Origin: a virus
Lineage: Duplodnaviria > Caudoviricetes
Direction: 5' to 3' (one strand)
Length of the DNA: 57,208 nucleotides
Virus record (IMG/VR): IMGVR_UViG_3300013093_000054
Span: 1-57,208 of that record
The notes below the pieces were generated by a model. It had not been told where the DNA came from, made no database searches, and saw only the letters and a list, made by a program, of their open reading frames with translations. This document shows positions 29,888 to 39,046 of this stretch, piece by piece. Each line of letters opens with the position of its first letter. Position 1 is the stretch's first letter. Position numbers and translations under genes: made by a program.

Positions 29888-30570
29888 TGACTCTTCCTGC
29901 AAGCGGTCCTCTTGTTCTTGGGTTGGCTAGTGGAGGCAACTCCATCAATAGCGAATTTGGCTACGGGAATGATTTAGGGTCGTATCGTGGCGTTTATTAT
30001 GGTTTAGGAGGTCAAGAATTTAGATTTCCTGTTTCTCCTAATTCTATTGCAATGAATTTATTTTATAGCACATATAAAATTGTTGGCGGGTCTCGGACTT
30101 TTAATAGCACACAATCTTTTGTTATTCCTGTTTATAATACAATTACGATTACTGTCCAAGGAGGACAGGGAGGCGCATCTGGCGCTCCTGGATATATTAG
30201 TTCTCCTTGTACGGGAGCCGGCAAATTCACTTCAGGTTCTTCCGGAGGATACGGTTCCGGATCTTCTTTTGGCGGCTATTTATCTGCGGCAGGCGGAGCT
30301 GGTGGAGCAGGTTCTGCTTCATCAAGCAATCCAGGACAGTCTGGTCAGGTTATTTCAACAACTTATACTAATCCAGTTCAAGGAGGATCAGGCCCTCCAT
30401 CTGGAACAACCGTTACTGTTTCAATTGGCGGGGGCGGTTCTGGTGGCGGTGGTGGCTGTCTTGTTTATCAACTTATAGTTGGAACAACTAATTTTGGTTG
30501 CGCATGTTGGAACAATGCCGCTTCTGGCAGTGGAGGCGCAGCAGGCGTTGTCACTGTAACGTGGGCATAA
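29887..30570 (+). CDS. Glycine-rich distal fibre / adhesin-like protein
   Basis: MTLPASGPL...INSEFG N-terminus followed by polyglycine-rich segments; coupled to the fibre gene. Confidence 0.6.
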   Translation: MTLPASGPLVLGLASGGNSINSEFGYGNDLGSYRGVYYGLGGQEFRFPVSPNSIAMNLFYSTYKIVGGSRTFNSTQSFVIPVYNTITITVQGGQGGASGAPGYISSPCTGAGKFTSGSSGGYGSGSSFGGYLSAAGGAGGAGSASSSNPGQSGQVISTTYTNPVQGGSGPPSGTTVTVSIGGGGSGGGGGCLVYQLIVGTTNFGCACWNNAASGSGGAAGVVTVTWA

Positions 30571-30600
30571 ATATTTGCATCCCGACCACGAACAAATGTT

Positions 30601-30643
30601 AATGGCGATTATAAAAGCAGCTTTGCTTATCTTAATCGCCATT
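30601..30643. terminator. Long hairpin at the convergence of the late operon and the gcrA-like gene
   Basis: AATGGCGATTA (30601-30611) / TAATCGCCATT (30633-30643) perfect inverted repeat with an inner AAGCA/TGCTT stem. Confidence 0.5.
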
Positions 30644-30702
30644 TATAGTTTTAAGTTAGGTCGCGTGTTTTATGACTTTATGCAATTAACGCTTGAGTAG
30701 AT

Positions 30703-31182
30703 TTACATATTTTTGCGAAGCATTTTTTCCAAATTACCGCGTGCAGGGTAGTAGCATATCGAGTAATGCTCGGCGCAATAAGAACCACGCGTCTGCATCT
30801 CACCACAGTATTTAACAGGCGTTTCGTCACCTGAAATAATAAATCTACATGAGTTCAGTTTAAGATCCAGTAATTCTATGCCACCTGAACGCGTTGGCAG
30901 TGAAGGAACATTTTCTATTTGTAAATCTTTAGGTATTATATTTATTGCTTTTGGGTTATGTCTTTTGGCGTAATCTTCTTCTCTAACTTTTCTTGCTTCA
31001 ACAACTCTTTTCTTATGCTGTTCTTTTTCATCACGCGCAAAAACGTGACCCTTGCGTCTTAGTCTATTAACCATGCCAATAACGGCATTGCGCGTCATAT
31101 TAAGCTTCTCGCCAATTTGGCTGCCGCTTAACCCCTCTTCCCAATATTTAATAAGTTGGTCTCTTTGCTTTGAACTGATCAT
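30703..31182 (-). CDS. gcrA: GcrA-family cell-cycle regulator homolog
   Basis: W.EGLSGSQIGEKL.MTRNAVIGMVNRL N-terminal domain; LLDL...CRF......YCG......YCAEH C-terminal domain. Start taken at MISSKQ behind AAGGA. Confidence 0.85.
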   Translation of the reverse strand: MISSKQRDQLIKYWEEGLSGSQIGEKLNMTRNAVIGMVNRLRRKGHVFARDEKEQHKKRVVEARKVREEDYAKRHNPKAINIIPKDLQIENVPSLPTRSGGIELLDLKLNSCRFIISGDETPVKYCGEMQTRGSYCAEHYSICYYPARGNLEKMLRKNM

Positions 31183-31295
31183 GTCGATTTCCTTGCTATA
31201 TTTCGATATTAAATGTAAAATACATAACCCATTGACATAAAACGACAATAATTAACGTCTATAGGGTTAGTGCCCCGATATTACAGGGAACGCCA

Positions 31296-32588
31296 ATGAT
31301 TGCAAGAGAAGAAGCTGAAGAACTAATCAGCTTAATTGAACAGGCGCTCCGTAACGGGGATTATCCAGACGGACATAAATGCGTTAACCATCAAAGGCTG
31401 GCAACAGCAACTATCGCAAAAAAATTAGGTGTTCACAGATCGGTTATTGCCAGAAAGCTGGGAGAGTCAAAGAGAGAACATGGGTTAGAACCAAATTGGA
31501 AAATATTTACTGGTATCAAAGAAGAAAACGCCGACCACATCATTGTCCGACGCCTTAAAGATAAATTGGCAATAGCAGAGACAAGAGCGGCCAAGGCTGA
31601 ACGCACCAACATTAGCTCAGAGGCGATTAGGGAAGGCATTTTAGGTCTTGCCGCCACGCCACTAGAGCCGCAGCCCTGGAAGCCATCTAAAGGCGATAAG
31701 AAGGGACAGAAAGAGGCGCTGGTTCTTATGGTATCGGACGTCCATATGGGCGAGACGATCGACAAGAATCAGATGGGCGGCAGGAATACATTTGATAAAA
31801 AGATTTGCGGTAAACGTCTTGAGCGTCTATTCCAAGGCGTCGTCAAAATGGGGACTGTCCACTGGTCTGGTCCTCCGCCTGGCGTGATATATGTTATACT
31901 TGGCGGCGATCTTATCAGCGGTGAAATCCACGAAGAATTAGCGAAGTCTAATGATCTACTTGCTATCCCCGCTGTCAGAGAACTTGCAACGCATATCATA
32001 TCTGGGCTTGAACTCCTTCTCGAATCCTTTGACTGCGAAATTCGAGTCGTCTCCGTTCCGGGCAACCATGGACGGACAACCCGTAAGCCAGAATCAAAGG
32101 GATTTGTCCTCAACTCCTACGACACCCTCGTCGCCTGGCTCGTCGAAAGCTGGTTCATGGCAAAAGGGACCAAGCGGATATCATTTGCAGCCCCGGCGTC
32201 GGGTGATGCGTTAATCAATATCTGCGGCTGGAATTTCCTTTTCACTCATGGCGATAGGATAGGGTCGCGGGGTGGCATGGGTATGGTTGGTCCGGTTGCA
32301 ACAATTGCTCGTGGTATGCAACGCGTTATTCAGGACTATGCGGCAGAGCAAATCGTGGTAGACTATGTGGTTGTTGGCCATTTCCACACCAGCGTCGAGC
32401 TGGAGCAAGGATTTTGTAATGGCTCAGTCTCAGGTCCCAGTGAGTATAGCCGCTCTGGTCGTATGCGTAGCAGCCCTTGCAGCCAGTGGCTCCTTAGTGT
32501 TCATCCTAATCACGGCGTTGCTAGACGCTGGAAACTCATACTCGGCGCGCCCGATGAAGGCAGTATATATAAGGGAAGGGCGGCGTAA
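31296..32588 (+). CDS. Calcineurin-like metallophosphoesterase with N-terminal HTH/coiled coil
   Basis: SDVHMGE, GGDLISG, GNHG, HGD and GHFH motifs. Confidence 0.85.
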   Translation: MIAREEAEELISLIEQALRNGDYPDGHKCVNHQRLATATIAKKLGVHRSVIARKLGESKREHGLEPNWKIFTGIKEENADHIIVRRLKDKLAIAETRAAKAERTNISSEAIREGILGLAATPLEPQPWKPSKGDKKGQKEALVLMVSDVHMGETIDKNQMGGRNTFDKKICGKRLERLFQGVVKMGTVHWSGPPPGVIYVILGGDLISGEIHEELAKSNDLLAIPAVRELATHIISGLELLLESFDCEIRVVSVPGNHGRTTRKPESKGFVLNSYDTLVAWLVESWFMAKGTKRISFAAPASGDALINICGWNFLFTHGDRIGSRGGMGMVGPVATIARGMQRVIQDYAAEQIVVDYVVVGHFHTSVELEQGFCNGSVSGPSEYSRSGRMRSSPCSQWLLSVHPNHGVARRWKLILGAPDEGSIYKGRAA

Positions 32589-32612
32589 GCGTCCGTTCTG
32601 AGGGAGACTGAT

Positions 32613-32840
32613 ATGATTGACGACGAAGACGACATCGTTGAAATCGATACGTCTGATGGAGACGAGTTTCCGTTAGATAGCGTGGCAGCTAGGGTCGTGG
32701 CATTTACGAAGTTAATTGCTCTTGTCGATCATTTGAAGAACGAGGACGCAAAGAAAGAAGCCATTATGATGCTTGGAGCTGTCAGGCGTTCGTTTAAGAC
32801 GATTCCAACGGCTGAAGGGGTTACGCCGATAAAGTCATAG
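32613..32840 (+). CDS. Hypothetical protein
   Basis: 75-aa ORF with GGAG RBS. Confidence 0.6.
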   Translation: MIDDEDDIVEIDTSDGDEFPLDSVAARVVAFTKLIALVDHLKNEDAKKEAIMMLGAVRRSFKTIPTAEGVTPIKS

Positions 32841-32949
32841 TCTGACTATGTATTTTTGATGCTTTGTAAACTTCGTGCGTCATATTTGGATCATATGAAG
32901 GCTTTGTGAGCCATATATGGATTACGGCATTATACCGTATCTGAAATAT

Positions 32950-33168
32950 TTACTGTTCAGTAAAATTTTTACCTTTTTTTATTTGAGAACTATTATATTT
33001 ACCGTTCGGTAAAATCTGCCAAAAGTGTTCACACGGGCCTTTGTAATCATCAGGCCAAATGAAATACGATTGCCAATATTCACTGGCCTTTGTGCCGCTA
33101 TCTTTGTGTCGGTAACACTCGTTCGACTTTGGGCAAATGGTTACGGCGCACATGCTGATGTCAGGCAC
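32950..33168 (-). CDS. Small Cys-rich hypothetical protein
   Basis: (M)PDISMC...CPK...CYR...QSYF...CEHFW; GTG start with GGAG RBS. Confidence 0.6.
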   Translation of the reverse strand: MPDISMCAVTICPKSNECYRHKDSGTKASEYWQSYFIWPDDYKGPCEHFWQILPNGKYNSSQIKKGKNFTEQ

Positions 33169-33397
33169 TGTCCTTCTCTCCCAAAATAGCATGTTCTATT
33201 TCAGTATCTATTTCCTCATGCGACATATAAGGAAAACAACGCAGCATATTGACACGAAATGCCGCTTTTAGCAGCATATTCTCAGTGCAGAGGTGTTCAA
33301 TAGCGTCAGCTGCTGTTTTAGCTGCTGGGTTTATTTGCCAAGGATCAGTCCCGTGTTCGCCACGCAAACGCTCTAAGAGGGATGTATAGTCAGTCAT
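33161..33397 (-). CDS. Hypothetical protein
   Basis: Overlapping-start/stop operon member; AADAIEHL motif. Confidence 0.6.
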   Translation of the reverse strand: MTDYTSLLERLRGEHGTDPWQINPAAKTAADAIEHLCTENMLLKAAFRVNMLRCFPYMSHEEIDTEIEHAILGEKDSA

Positions 33398-33765
33398 TCT
33401 GCCTTCTCCAAATCTGATCTTTCCTCAAGATGATGCAAAATATCCTCGCCCTCTCGTATCAAAGAGTCAGGTATTTCTGTCGTCATTGTCAGCTCATTGC
33501 GTCTTGCTTCCGGCAAACTGCCGTATTTAAACAACTTTTCCATCCAATATTCTAAAAGCGCAATACGTCTCGACATTCGTTTACGGTGCCAAAGATAGGT
33601 GTCACACTCGAATTTCAGTCGATGTTCTAGTTCAGCGGTGCGCTTATCTTTTCTATCTAAATCATACAGCGACTTCACGCATATCTTGGCGTCATCATAT
33701 CTGCTTTCAAATTGCAGCTTTGATATAAGCTCAACAAGCTCAGGGTATGACTTTTTGTCGGTCAT
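33394..33765 (-). CDS. Hypothetical protein
   Basis: ATGA-coupled ORF in the minus-strand operon. Confidence 0.6.
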   Translation of the reverse strand: MTDKKSYPELVELISKLQFESRYDDAKICVKSLYDLDRKDKRTAELEHRLKFECDTYLWHRKRMSRRIALLEYWMEKLFKYGSLPEARRNELTMTTEIPDSLIREGEDILHHLEERSDLEKAE

Positions 33766-33896
33766 TTTGATGCCCTCACCGAACGTCTCAATTTCTTAAA
33801 CTTCTTCTTTAATTTCTTTAACTCCTTGGCAAGACCGCTAATAGGATCTTTCTTCTCTTCTTCAGAATACGGAACTTTTGAATCATCTTTTTTCAT
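33762..33896 (-). CDS. Small basic hypothetical protein
   Basis: MKKDDSK... start overlaps the upstream stop (ATGA); K-rich C-terminus. Confidence 0.5.
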   Translation of the reverse strand: MKKDDSKVPYSEEEKKDPISGLAKELKKLKKKFKKLRRSVRASK

Positions 33897-34081
33897 GGTT
33901 TCCCCGACCGTATTTCTTCTTGAATGCTTTTCACGACTTTTAGTAAAACCAGCAAGGAATGAGCGTCTATATCGCCATAATGCGTTGCTATGTAACTCGA
34001 CCTTTGCCATTCTTCCGTAATTGCAATGCATCTTGCACGTTCGTTTTTGATCCCATCTGCGTATGTTGGATCGTCATTCAT
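33893..34081 (-). CDS. Hypothetical protein
   Basis: G..NERARC motif common in small phage proteins; coupled ORF. Confidence 0.55.
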   Translation of the reverse strand: MNDDPTYADGIKNERARCIAITEEWQRSSYIATHYGDIDAHSLLVLLKVVKSIQEEIRSGKP

Positions 34082-34274
34082 CTGTCTTTTCCTTTTTAAC
34101 TGGGTAAACCGTTATCTCTATTTCTGGATCTACAGGTTCACCTTCTCCCCGCCAAACATACAGGCTGGCGTAGCAGGCGTGTGGAAGCGGTAGATAAGAC
34201 TCAAACTCCCATCCTAATCTCTCAAAGTCTTTTTCCTTCGAGAAAGGCACATACCTGTAAAACTTCTCTGTCAT
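34074..34274 (-). CDS. Hypothetical protein
   Basis: 66-aa coupled ORF. Confidence 0.55.
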   Translation of the reverse strand: MTEKFYRYVPFSKEKDFERLGWEFESYLPLPHACYASLYVWRGEGEPVDPEIEITVYPVKKEKTDE

Positions 34275-34630
34275 TACGCCACCTTGTAAATCGGCTGTAT
34301 TGGGAAGATCGTTTTCGGTGGCATCATATCATCATTTTTATCGTAATTTGGAATTTTCATTTTAACTTTAGGAGGGTCCCAACGGCGCTCTTCGATAGGC
34401 ATGGACTCAATGCGCTTAACGCCATGCAATACGCTGGTATGATCTCTGTTCCCAAAATATCTGCCTATGGCGGGGTAAGAAAAACCCGTCTCAATCTTTG
34501 CTCGCCACATACAGTAATGACGCAAGTGGCATAATTCATGTGTTCTTTTTTCACCAGTAATGTCTGACGCAGGAACGCCGGTTCTTTCAGACTCTTGGCG
34601 GATTATGTCCATAACTTTTACTTTTCGCAT
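34274..34630 (-). CDS. Stand-alone DnaA C-terminal (domain IV) HTH protein
   Basis: DITGEKRT...RHYCMWRAK..TGFSYPAIGRYFGNRDHTSVLHGVKRI matches the DnaA_C signature; no AAA+ domain. Confidence 0.85.
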   Translation of the reverse strand: MRKVKVMDIIRQESERTGVPASDITGEKRTHELCHLRHYCMWRAKIETGFSYPAIGRYFGNRDHTSVLHGVKRIESMPIEERRWDPPKVKMKIPNYDKNDDMMPPKTIFPIQPIYKVA

Positions 34631-34649
34631 CTCAACCTCAATAAAATAA

Positions 34650-34667
34650 GGGGGAGATATCTCCCCC
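34650..34667 (-). terminator. Perfect 18-bp palindrome, probable minus-strand terminator
   Basis: GGGGGAGATATCTCCCCC followed on the minus strand by TTATTTTATT. Confidence 0.55.
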
Positions 34668-34675
34668 ATAAAGTA

Positions 34676-35101
34676 TTAAACCGGCGTCACAATCTCGTCT
34701 TCAAGAGCATCAAGATTGATCGCAATCTTAGGAGGCATTTTTGTTTTTAGCGTCGTAATGTTTGCAGGCTTACGATCGGCTTTGCGCTGATAGCCAAGCT
34801 CAACTTCTGGCGTCTCACTGCGCTGCTTAACATAATCAGGCGCAAATACTGCTGCAAAAGCCTCGTAGTTGATGCTATCCAGATGGCTGTCCATGTGATC
34901 AGGCGTCGCAAATGAACGTGCGTTTTTAACGCAAGCCATAATGACTGCAATCTCATATGGGTGGAAATCGCGGCCAAGACGTAATGAAGACAGATCGGCA
35001 ATAAGCTGGAAGTTGTCTTCAATCTGGCCGTAGTTCTGGCCTCTCTGACCTATAATTTCACTTGCTTGCTGTAATAAAGTATGTGGATCTTGCTTAGTCA
35101 T
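34676..35101 (-). CDS. DUF6378-like protein
   Basis: A..II.QRGQNYG..EDNF..IA.L...VIMACVK.AR....H.DS.LD.INY pattern. Confidence 0.7.
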   Translation of the reverse strand: MTKQDPHTLLQQASEIIGQRGQNYGQIEDNFQLIADLSSLRLGRDFHPYEIAVIMACVKNARSFATPDHMDSHLDSINYEAFAAVFAPDYVKQRSETPEVELGYQRKADRKPANITTLKTKMPPKIAINLDALEDEIVTPV

Positions 35102-35102
35102 T

Positions 35103-35360
35103 TTATTCCTTTCTGAAGCTGGCGGGATCGTTGTTCATAACCTTAACTTTCCCAACATATCGATAGTTAATTGCCATATGCCCTCTACTATAATCCTCCT
35201 TCGTATTTTGATCTCGATAAAATTCTTGCACTATAACGAAATCATTTTCCGTTAATGCATCTACAAATTCTTCCAAACTATTAACTGGATACTCAGCTTG
35301 GATCTGGTGAACTAGATTGCCGCTATAGGACGGCATAGACATGGTAATTAAAAACCTCAT
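35103..35360 (-). CDS. Hypothetical protein
   Basis: 85-aa ORF in operon with GAGG RBS. Confidence 0.6.
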   Translation of the reverse strand: MRFLITMSMPSYSGNLVHQIQAEYPVNSLEEFVDALTENDFVIVQEFYRDQNTKEDYSRGHMAINYRYVGKVKVMNNDPASFRKE

Positions 35361-35843
35361 TTACGCCGCCTCTTGTGTAAGATGTGACCATCTTTTGTTG
35401 TTTCTAATTAAAGAAACCAGCGCAATGCTAATGTTAAACATTTTAGCTATTTCTTCATGAGTTATAACACCGCATAATTCTTTAATTTTATAAATATCTT
35501 CGTCAGATAATTTATGTTTAGAATGTTTTTCGCCTCTATTATGAGTTCCATGACGCAATTTATCTGCCATATTACCTTTTCTTATGTCCCATCTTAAATG
35601 ATTAGGATTAACGCATAATCTATTTCCACAATCGTGTGCAGCCTCGTGCTTATCTGTAGGCTTTGGCCCATGCAACATTTCGCATGAAATCCAAAAAGCC
35701 AAAACTCTTGACCCATTTAAAGTCATGCGGCCATATCCATGGCCATTGGTCCCAAATGGCCAGTTTATACAATCTTCTTTTGCAGAAGAGATATTTTCAT
35801 AAAACCATTCAAGCATTTGCTTATTTTTTGCTTGATTACTCAT
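35361..35843 (-). CDS. HNH homing endonuclease with C-terminal HTH
   Basis: CINW....GHGYG, AAHDCGNRLCVNPNHLRW...N..D, KLSDEDI..I...EIAKMFNIS...VSLIR. Confidence 0.85.
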   Translation of the reverse strand: MSNQAKNKQMLEWFYENISSAKEDCINWPFGTNGHGYGRMTLNGSRVLAFWISCEMLHGPKPTDKHEAAHDCGNRLCVNPNHLRWDIRKGNMADKLRHGTHNRGEKHSKHKLSDEDIYKIKELCGVITHEEIAKMFNISIALVSLIRNNKRWSHLTQEAA

Positions 35844-35935
35844 ATCTGTTCCTTGTGTAAGAGGGTGTGACGCGGCTTTGCAAAGTAACGCCACACCCAA
35901 TATCAGACGAAGTTAGGGCTCCGTCTAATGGTCAA

Positions 35936-36592
35936 TTAACCGAAATCATCCTCATCTTCCGAAACAGGGGCTGACACTTTTGTCGAACCAGTTGACGGAG
36001 GAGCTGATGGCGCAGAAGAAGCTGCCGACGAATTACGCGGCTTATATGTAAGATCAGAAGGACGAGCAACCCATCCAGTAATCTCCCATACAGGAACGTA
36101 ATTCGTCGACTTTCTGGCCCCTTCACCAGAGGTTTTTGCCACTGCGTCCTTAAGGACAACAACTGGCAATTTATCAGGGTTAGACTTAACACCTTCGTTA
36201 TAGGCGTCAGCTAATTTCTTAGCGCCATCAAGGAACGCAGCTGCATTGCTGGCGAACTCTCTGACGTCACCACCACATTCCTTGGATAACTTGATAACGA
36301 AGCGGACTCCGCGCTTGTAACCATCACCAGGATTATCGACAGAAACACCGTCGGAGAGACGAACCATACGAAAGTCTGGAGCGCCGCCGGTAGCGAAATT
36401 GATGAAACCAACTTCCACGTTCGGGAAGTCGATGATCGCTTTAAAGTTCTTCGTGATATCAACTTCTGTTGTCTCCCCGTTATTTCGATCACGGCGCGAA
36501 ATACGTCCGCTACGCGAGTCAAATTTAACGATAGGCAAAAAGTCTGCACCACCTGTGCCGACACCATCAAAAAAACCACCAAATGCTGACAT
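35936..36592 (-). CDS. Probable single-stranded DNA-binding protein
   Basis: Beta-rich core, S/A/P linker and acidic aromatic tail EDEDDFG; near the exonuclease gene. Confidence 0.6.
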   Translation of the reverse strand: MSAFGGFFDGVGTGGADFLPIVKFDSRSGRISRRDRNNGETTEVDITKNFKAIIDFPNVEVGFINFATGGAPDFRMVRLSDGVSVDNPGDGYKRGVRFVIKLSKECGGDVREFASNAAAFLDGAKKLADAYNEGVKSNPDKLPVVVLKDAVAKTSGEGARKSTNYVPVWEITGWVARPSDLTYKPRNSSAASSAPSAPPSTGSTKVSAPVSEDEDDFG

Positions 36593-36657
36593 AGTCTTTC
36601 TCCTTTGCGCGACAGTCTGGCCTGTCGCAAGCCTCTTCCCGTTTCGGGAAATTCCGT

Positions 36658-36903
36658 TTAACGCATGTGAGGATGTATTGACTCTAGTTGATCAAGGATC
36701 TGTTCAAGCGTTTCTTTAACGTAGAAATCAACTTCGTCGGCTATCCTAATGATAGTGAAACTATATTCATTATCATCTTCGTCTGTAGATACGCGATTAT
36801 GAATTCCAGCGATCTTATCAGCCTTAACTAAAATCCGACCTTCATCATCAGCATCCGTTAAAGCCAAATATCCAAATTGCTGTGCTGGTGTTGTATGCGC
36901 CAT
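36658..36903 (-). CDS. Hypothetical protein
   Basis: Coupled to the nuclease stop; YVKETLEQI motif. Confidence 0.55.
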   Translation of the reverse strand: MAHTTPAQQFGYLALTDADDEGRILVKADKIAGIHNRVSTDEDDNEYSFTIIRIADEVDFYVKETLEQILDQLESIHPHMR

Positions 36904-37664
36904 TATACGCCCCAAATCTCAAACGCGGCTTGTCTTGCCTCGTCATCGTTAAAGTAAAAAGAGCTCGTGTCTGGAACAACGTAAGACGCAAGCTCCTGCG
37001 GATCTGTCGATAAAGACAGGAATCTTTGAATCGTCATTCCAATGCGCTTCAAAGCTTTTAAATGTTCATCAACTGAATCAACCGCATATGTCGCAGACTT
37101 CTTTGGCGTAACATATGTCACGCGGCCTTCAGTTGCACCTTCTACGGCAGCAACATACAGACTTACTTGGCGTGCATGTTTCGCGCTGATTTTGCTTGGT
37201 AACGCGTGCGTAGTTTTGAGGTCGACAACAATTTTGTCTTTGAACAGGAAATCATAAAACCCGGTGAACGGCACTGCAATTTCATCAAAGGTGTATTGTA
37301 TTTGGATCTGGGTCGACGATGGTTTACCGTATGGTAATAGTTCGGCCAAACCCACCTTAACAAAGTCTGAAATAGACCCTTCTTCTTTGTCACGACGTGG
37401 ATCGGACGATAAAGCATTGAGGCTCCAGAACTCTTTCTGCGCCACATCAATGCAGTCTTTAACCGACGCACCAGTGAGAAGGCCATGCTCAATTCCTTTC
37501 TCGACAGCTGTTCCGCGATAAGCTGCGGCACCAACCTTACCCCCACGCTTTAATACTTTATTAAGCACAAAAGCAGCAGGGCTGGCCTCAAACAAATTAC
37601 AGGTTGAAGGGGAAAGATGCTCAATGCCATGCGCGGCGAATGGGTCGTTGGATGTCAATGTCAA
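36903..37664 (-). CDS. PD-(D/E)XK exonuclease (RecB/Cas4-like)
   Basis: HLSPST..., GTAVE, GFYDF....VVDLKT and QVSLY motifs. Confidence 0.85.
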   Translation of the reverse strand: MTLTSNDPFAAHGIEHLSPSTCNLFEASPAAFVLNKVLKRGGKVGAAAYRGTAVEKGIEHGLLTGASVKDCIDVAQKEFWSLNALSSDPRRDKEEGSISDFVKVGLAELLPYGKPSSTQIQIQYTFDEIAVPFTGFYDFLFKDKIVVDLKTTHALPSKISAKHARQVSLYVAAVEGATEGRVTYVTPKKSATYAVDSVDEHLKALKRIGMTIQRFLSLSTDPQELASYVVPDTSSFYFNDDEARQAAFEIWGV

Positions 37665-37699
37665 TTCCTATGTCAACTCAAATCAAGACCACAACATAT

Positions 37700-37766
37700 A
37701 GTCTTGGCGGTGGGTGTCAAGCACTTTTAAAATGATCGTTGACAAAATTTAATGTAAGGATATAGG
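37700..37766. promoter_or_regulatory. Divergent sigma70-like promoters
   Basis: TTGACA (37739-37744), 16 nt, TATAGG rightward; TTGACA on the minus strand (37715-37720) leftward; lies between divergent operons. Confidence 0.55.
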
Positions 37767-37791
37767 GTCTGTTATCGGTATGGAGATTGAT

Positions 37792-38064
37792 ATGTCTATG
37801 TTCAGCAGGCCACCACGGCAAGAATATATATTTTTCGTCCAATGTGAAAACTACGTCAAAATAGCGCGATCGATAAGCCCTGATTATTTTCTAAAGGACA
37901 TGTCTTATCACAATCCTTTTGAGCTAAAAATGCTCAAGAAATTATGTGGCAATATAAAAAATGAGCAAAGCTTGAAAAGAAAGTTTTCAGGCTATCGCCA
38001 CAATGGCGCGTGGTATCGGTATGAAGGTAAATTGAAAGAATTTATAGAAGGAACATTAGTTTGA
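37792..38064 (+). CDS. T5orf172/GIY-YIG-like protein
   Basis: YIFFVQ..NYVKIA.S....EQSLKRKF..YR..GAWY pattern. Confidence 0.6.
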   Translation: MSMFSRPPRQEYIFFVQCENYVKIARSISPDYFLKDMSYHNPFELKMLKKLCGNIKNEQSLKRKFSGYRHNGAWYRYEGKLKEFIEGTLV

Positions 38065-38534
38065 CTTATAACTGCATCCTTGGCGTAGACCCAGGACTAA
38101 CAGGCGCTTGTGCTTTTTACTTCCCATCACATCCTATGTTGGTGGGAATACACGATATGCCAATAGACGGGAAATCAGTAGATGGTTACGAACTTTCTAA
38201 AATCATTCGCCAATATAATCCAGACGTTGCTTTCATTGAAGCCGTGCACTCTTTCAGTGGACAAGGAGTTGCATCATCATTCAACTTCGGATGTTCATAT
38301 GGCGTGGTTAGAGGCGTGGTCGCAGCGTGTAACATACCGGCTATATTGGTAAGCCCACAAAAGTGGAAACGCGCATTAGAATTAAGCAAAGATAAAAATC
38401 AATCATTAGAAATGGCGCGCATGATGTGGCCTGACAGTGATAAGTTTAAACGTCGCAAAGATGATGGAAGAGCAGAGTCGGCATTGATAGCAATGTATGG
38501 ATATAAGTCTCAGTTTGATGTGAAGGAAAAATAA
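38061..38534 (+). CDS. RuvC-like Holliday junction resolvase
   Basis: ILGVDPGLTGA, AFIEAV, SSFNFG.SYG, PQKWK and DGRAESALIA motifs. Confidence 0.9.
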   Translation: MTYNCILGVDPGLTGACAFYFPSHPMLVGIHDMPIDGKSVDGYELSKIIRQYNPDVAFIEAVHSFSGQGVASSFNFGCSYGVVRGVVAACNIPAILVSPQKWKRALELSKDKNQSLEMARMMWPDSDKFKRRKDDGRAESALIAMYGYKSQFDVKEK

Positions 38535-38536
38535 TC

Positions 38537-38713
38537 ATGAAATCTAAAGACTATGAAAAAGGCTGGAACGACGCGTTTGATGCAATATCAAAATATATTG
38601 AGGAAGAGCTTTGCCTTATCACAGGATCAATGATCAGACGTATGAAATATGATTGGTGGAGATTTGAAGAAGAAGAGAAAAAGGAAGAAACAAATGTCGG
38701 AACTGATACCTGA
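38537..38713 (+). CDS. Small hypothetical protein (58 aa), absent from the ORF track
   Basis: MKSKDYEKGWNDAFDAI...; AAGGA RBS. Confidence 0.55.
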   Translation: MKSKDYEKGWNDAFDAISKYIEEELCLITGSMIRRMKYDWWRFEEEEKKEETNVGTDT

Positions 38714-38873
38714 ATTAAAGATGCTAATTTCATATCTGCGCACTAAAGGTCAACCTCGTGGTTGCGCAGAATGTCAATCACCAGAATGGGCGGCTGCAAC
38801 AGTTATTGAACACTTGCATGCAGAAAACGAAGAATTGAAATTGAAAATCAAACAGCTGGAGTCGAAAAAATGA
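38694..38873 (+). CDS. Small hypothetical protein
   Basis: MSELIPEL...CAEC...AATVIEHL.AENEEL coiled coil. Confidence 0.55.
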   Translation: MSELIPELKMLISYLRTKGQPRGCAECQSPEWAAATVIEHLHAENEELKLKIKQLESKK

Positions 38874-39046
38874 TACCTGTTCAAGTAGTCATAACCGCTA
38901 TGTTTGCATGTGTAGGTGGATCAATACTCGTTGTCGTAACTGAGTATTTTATCTAATCATCTTGATTTGTGGTGAATTTTGGGTGTATGCCCAAATTGTC
39001 CGACCAAGAGACCGGACTTAATGTCTCTTAAAGTAGGAAGTATAAA

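Noticed and set aside
1-30570. Diversity-generating retroelement or invertase shuffling of fibre tips
   Set aside because: No reverse transcriptase or recombinase, and no TR/VR pair seen.
36903-37664. Cas4-like nuclease as part of a CRISPR-Cas system
   Set aside because: No other cas genes or array; context next to an SSB-like gene indicates a phage recombination exonuclease.
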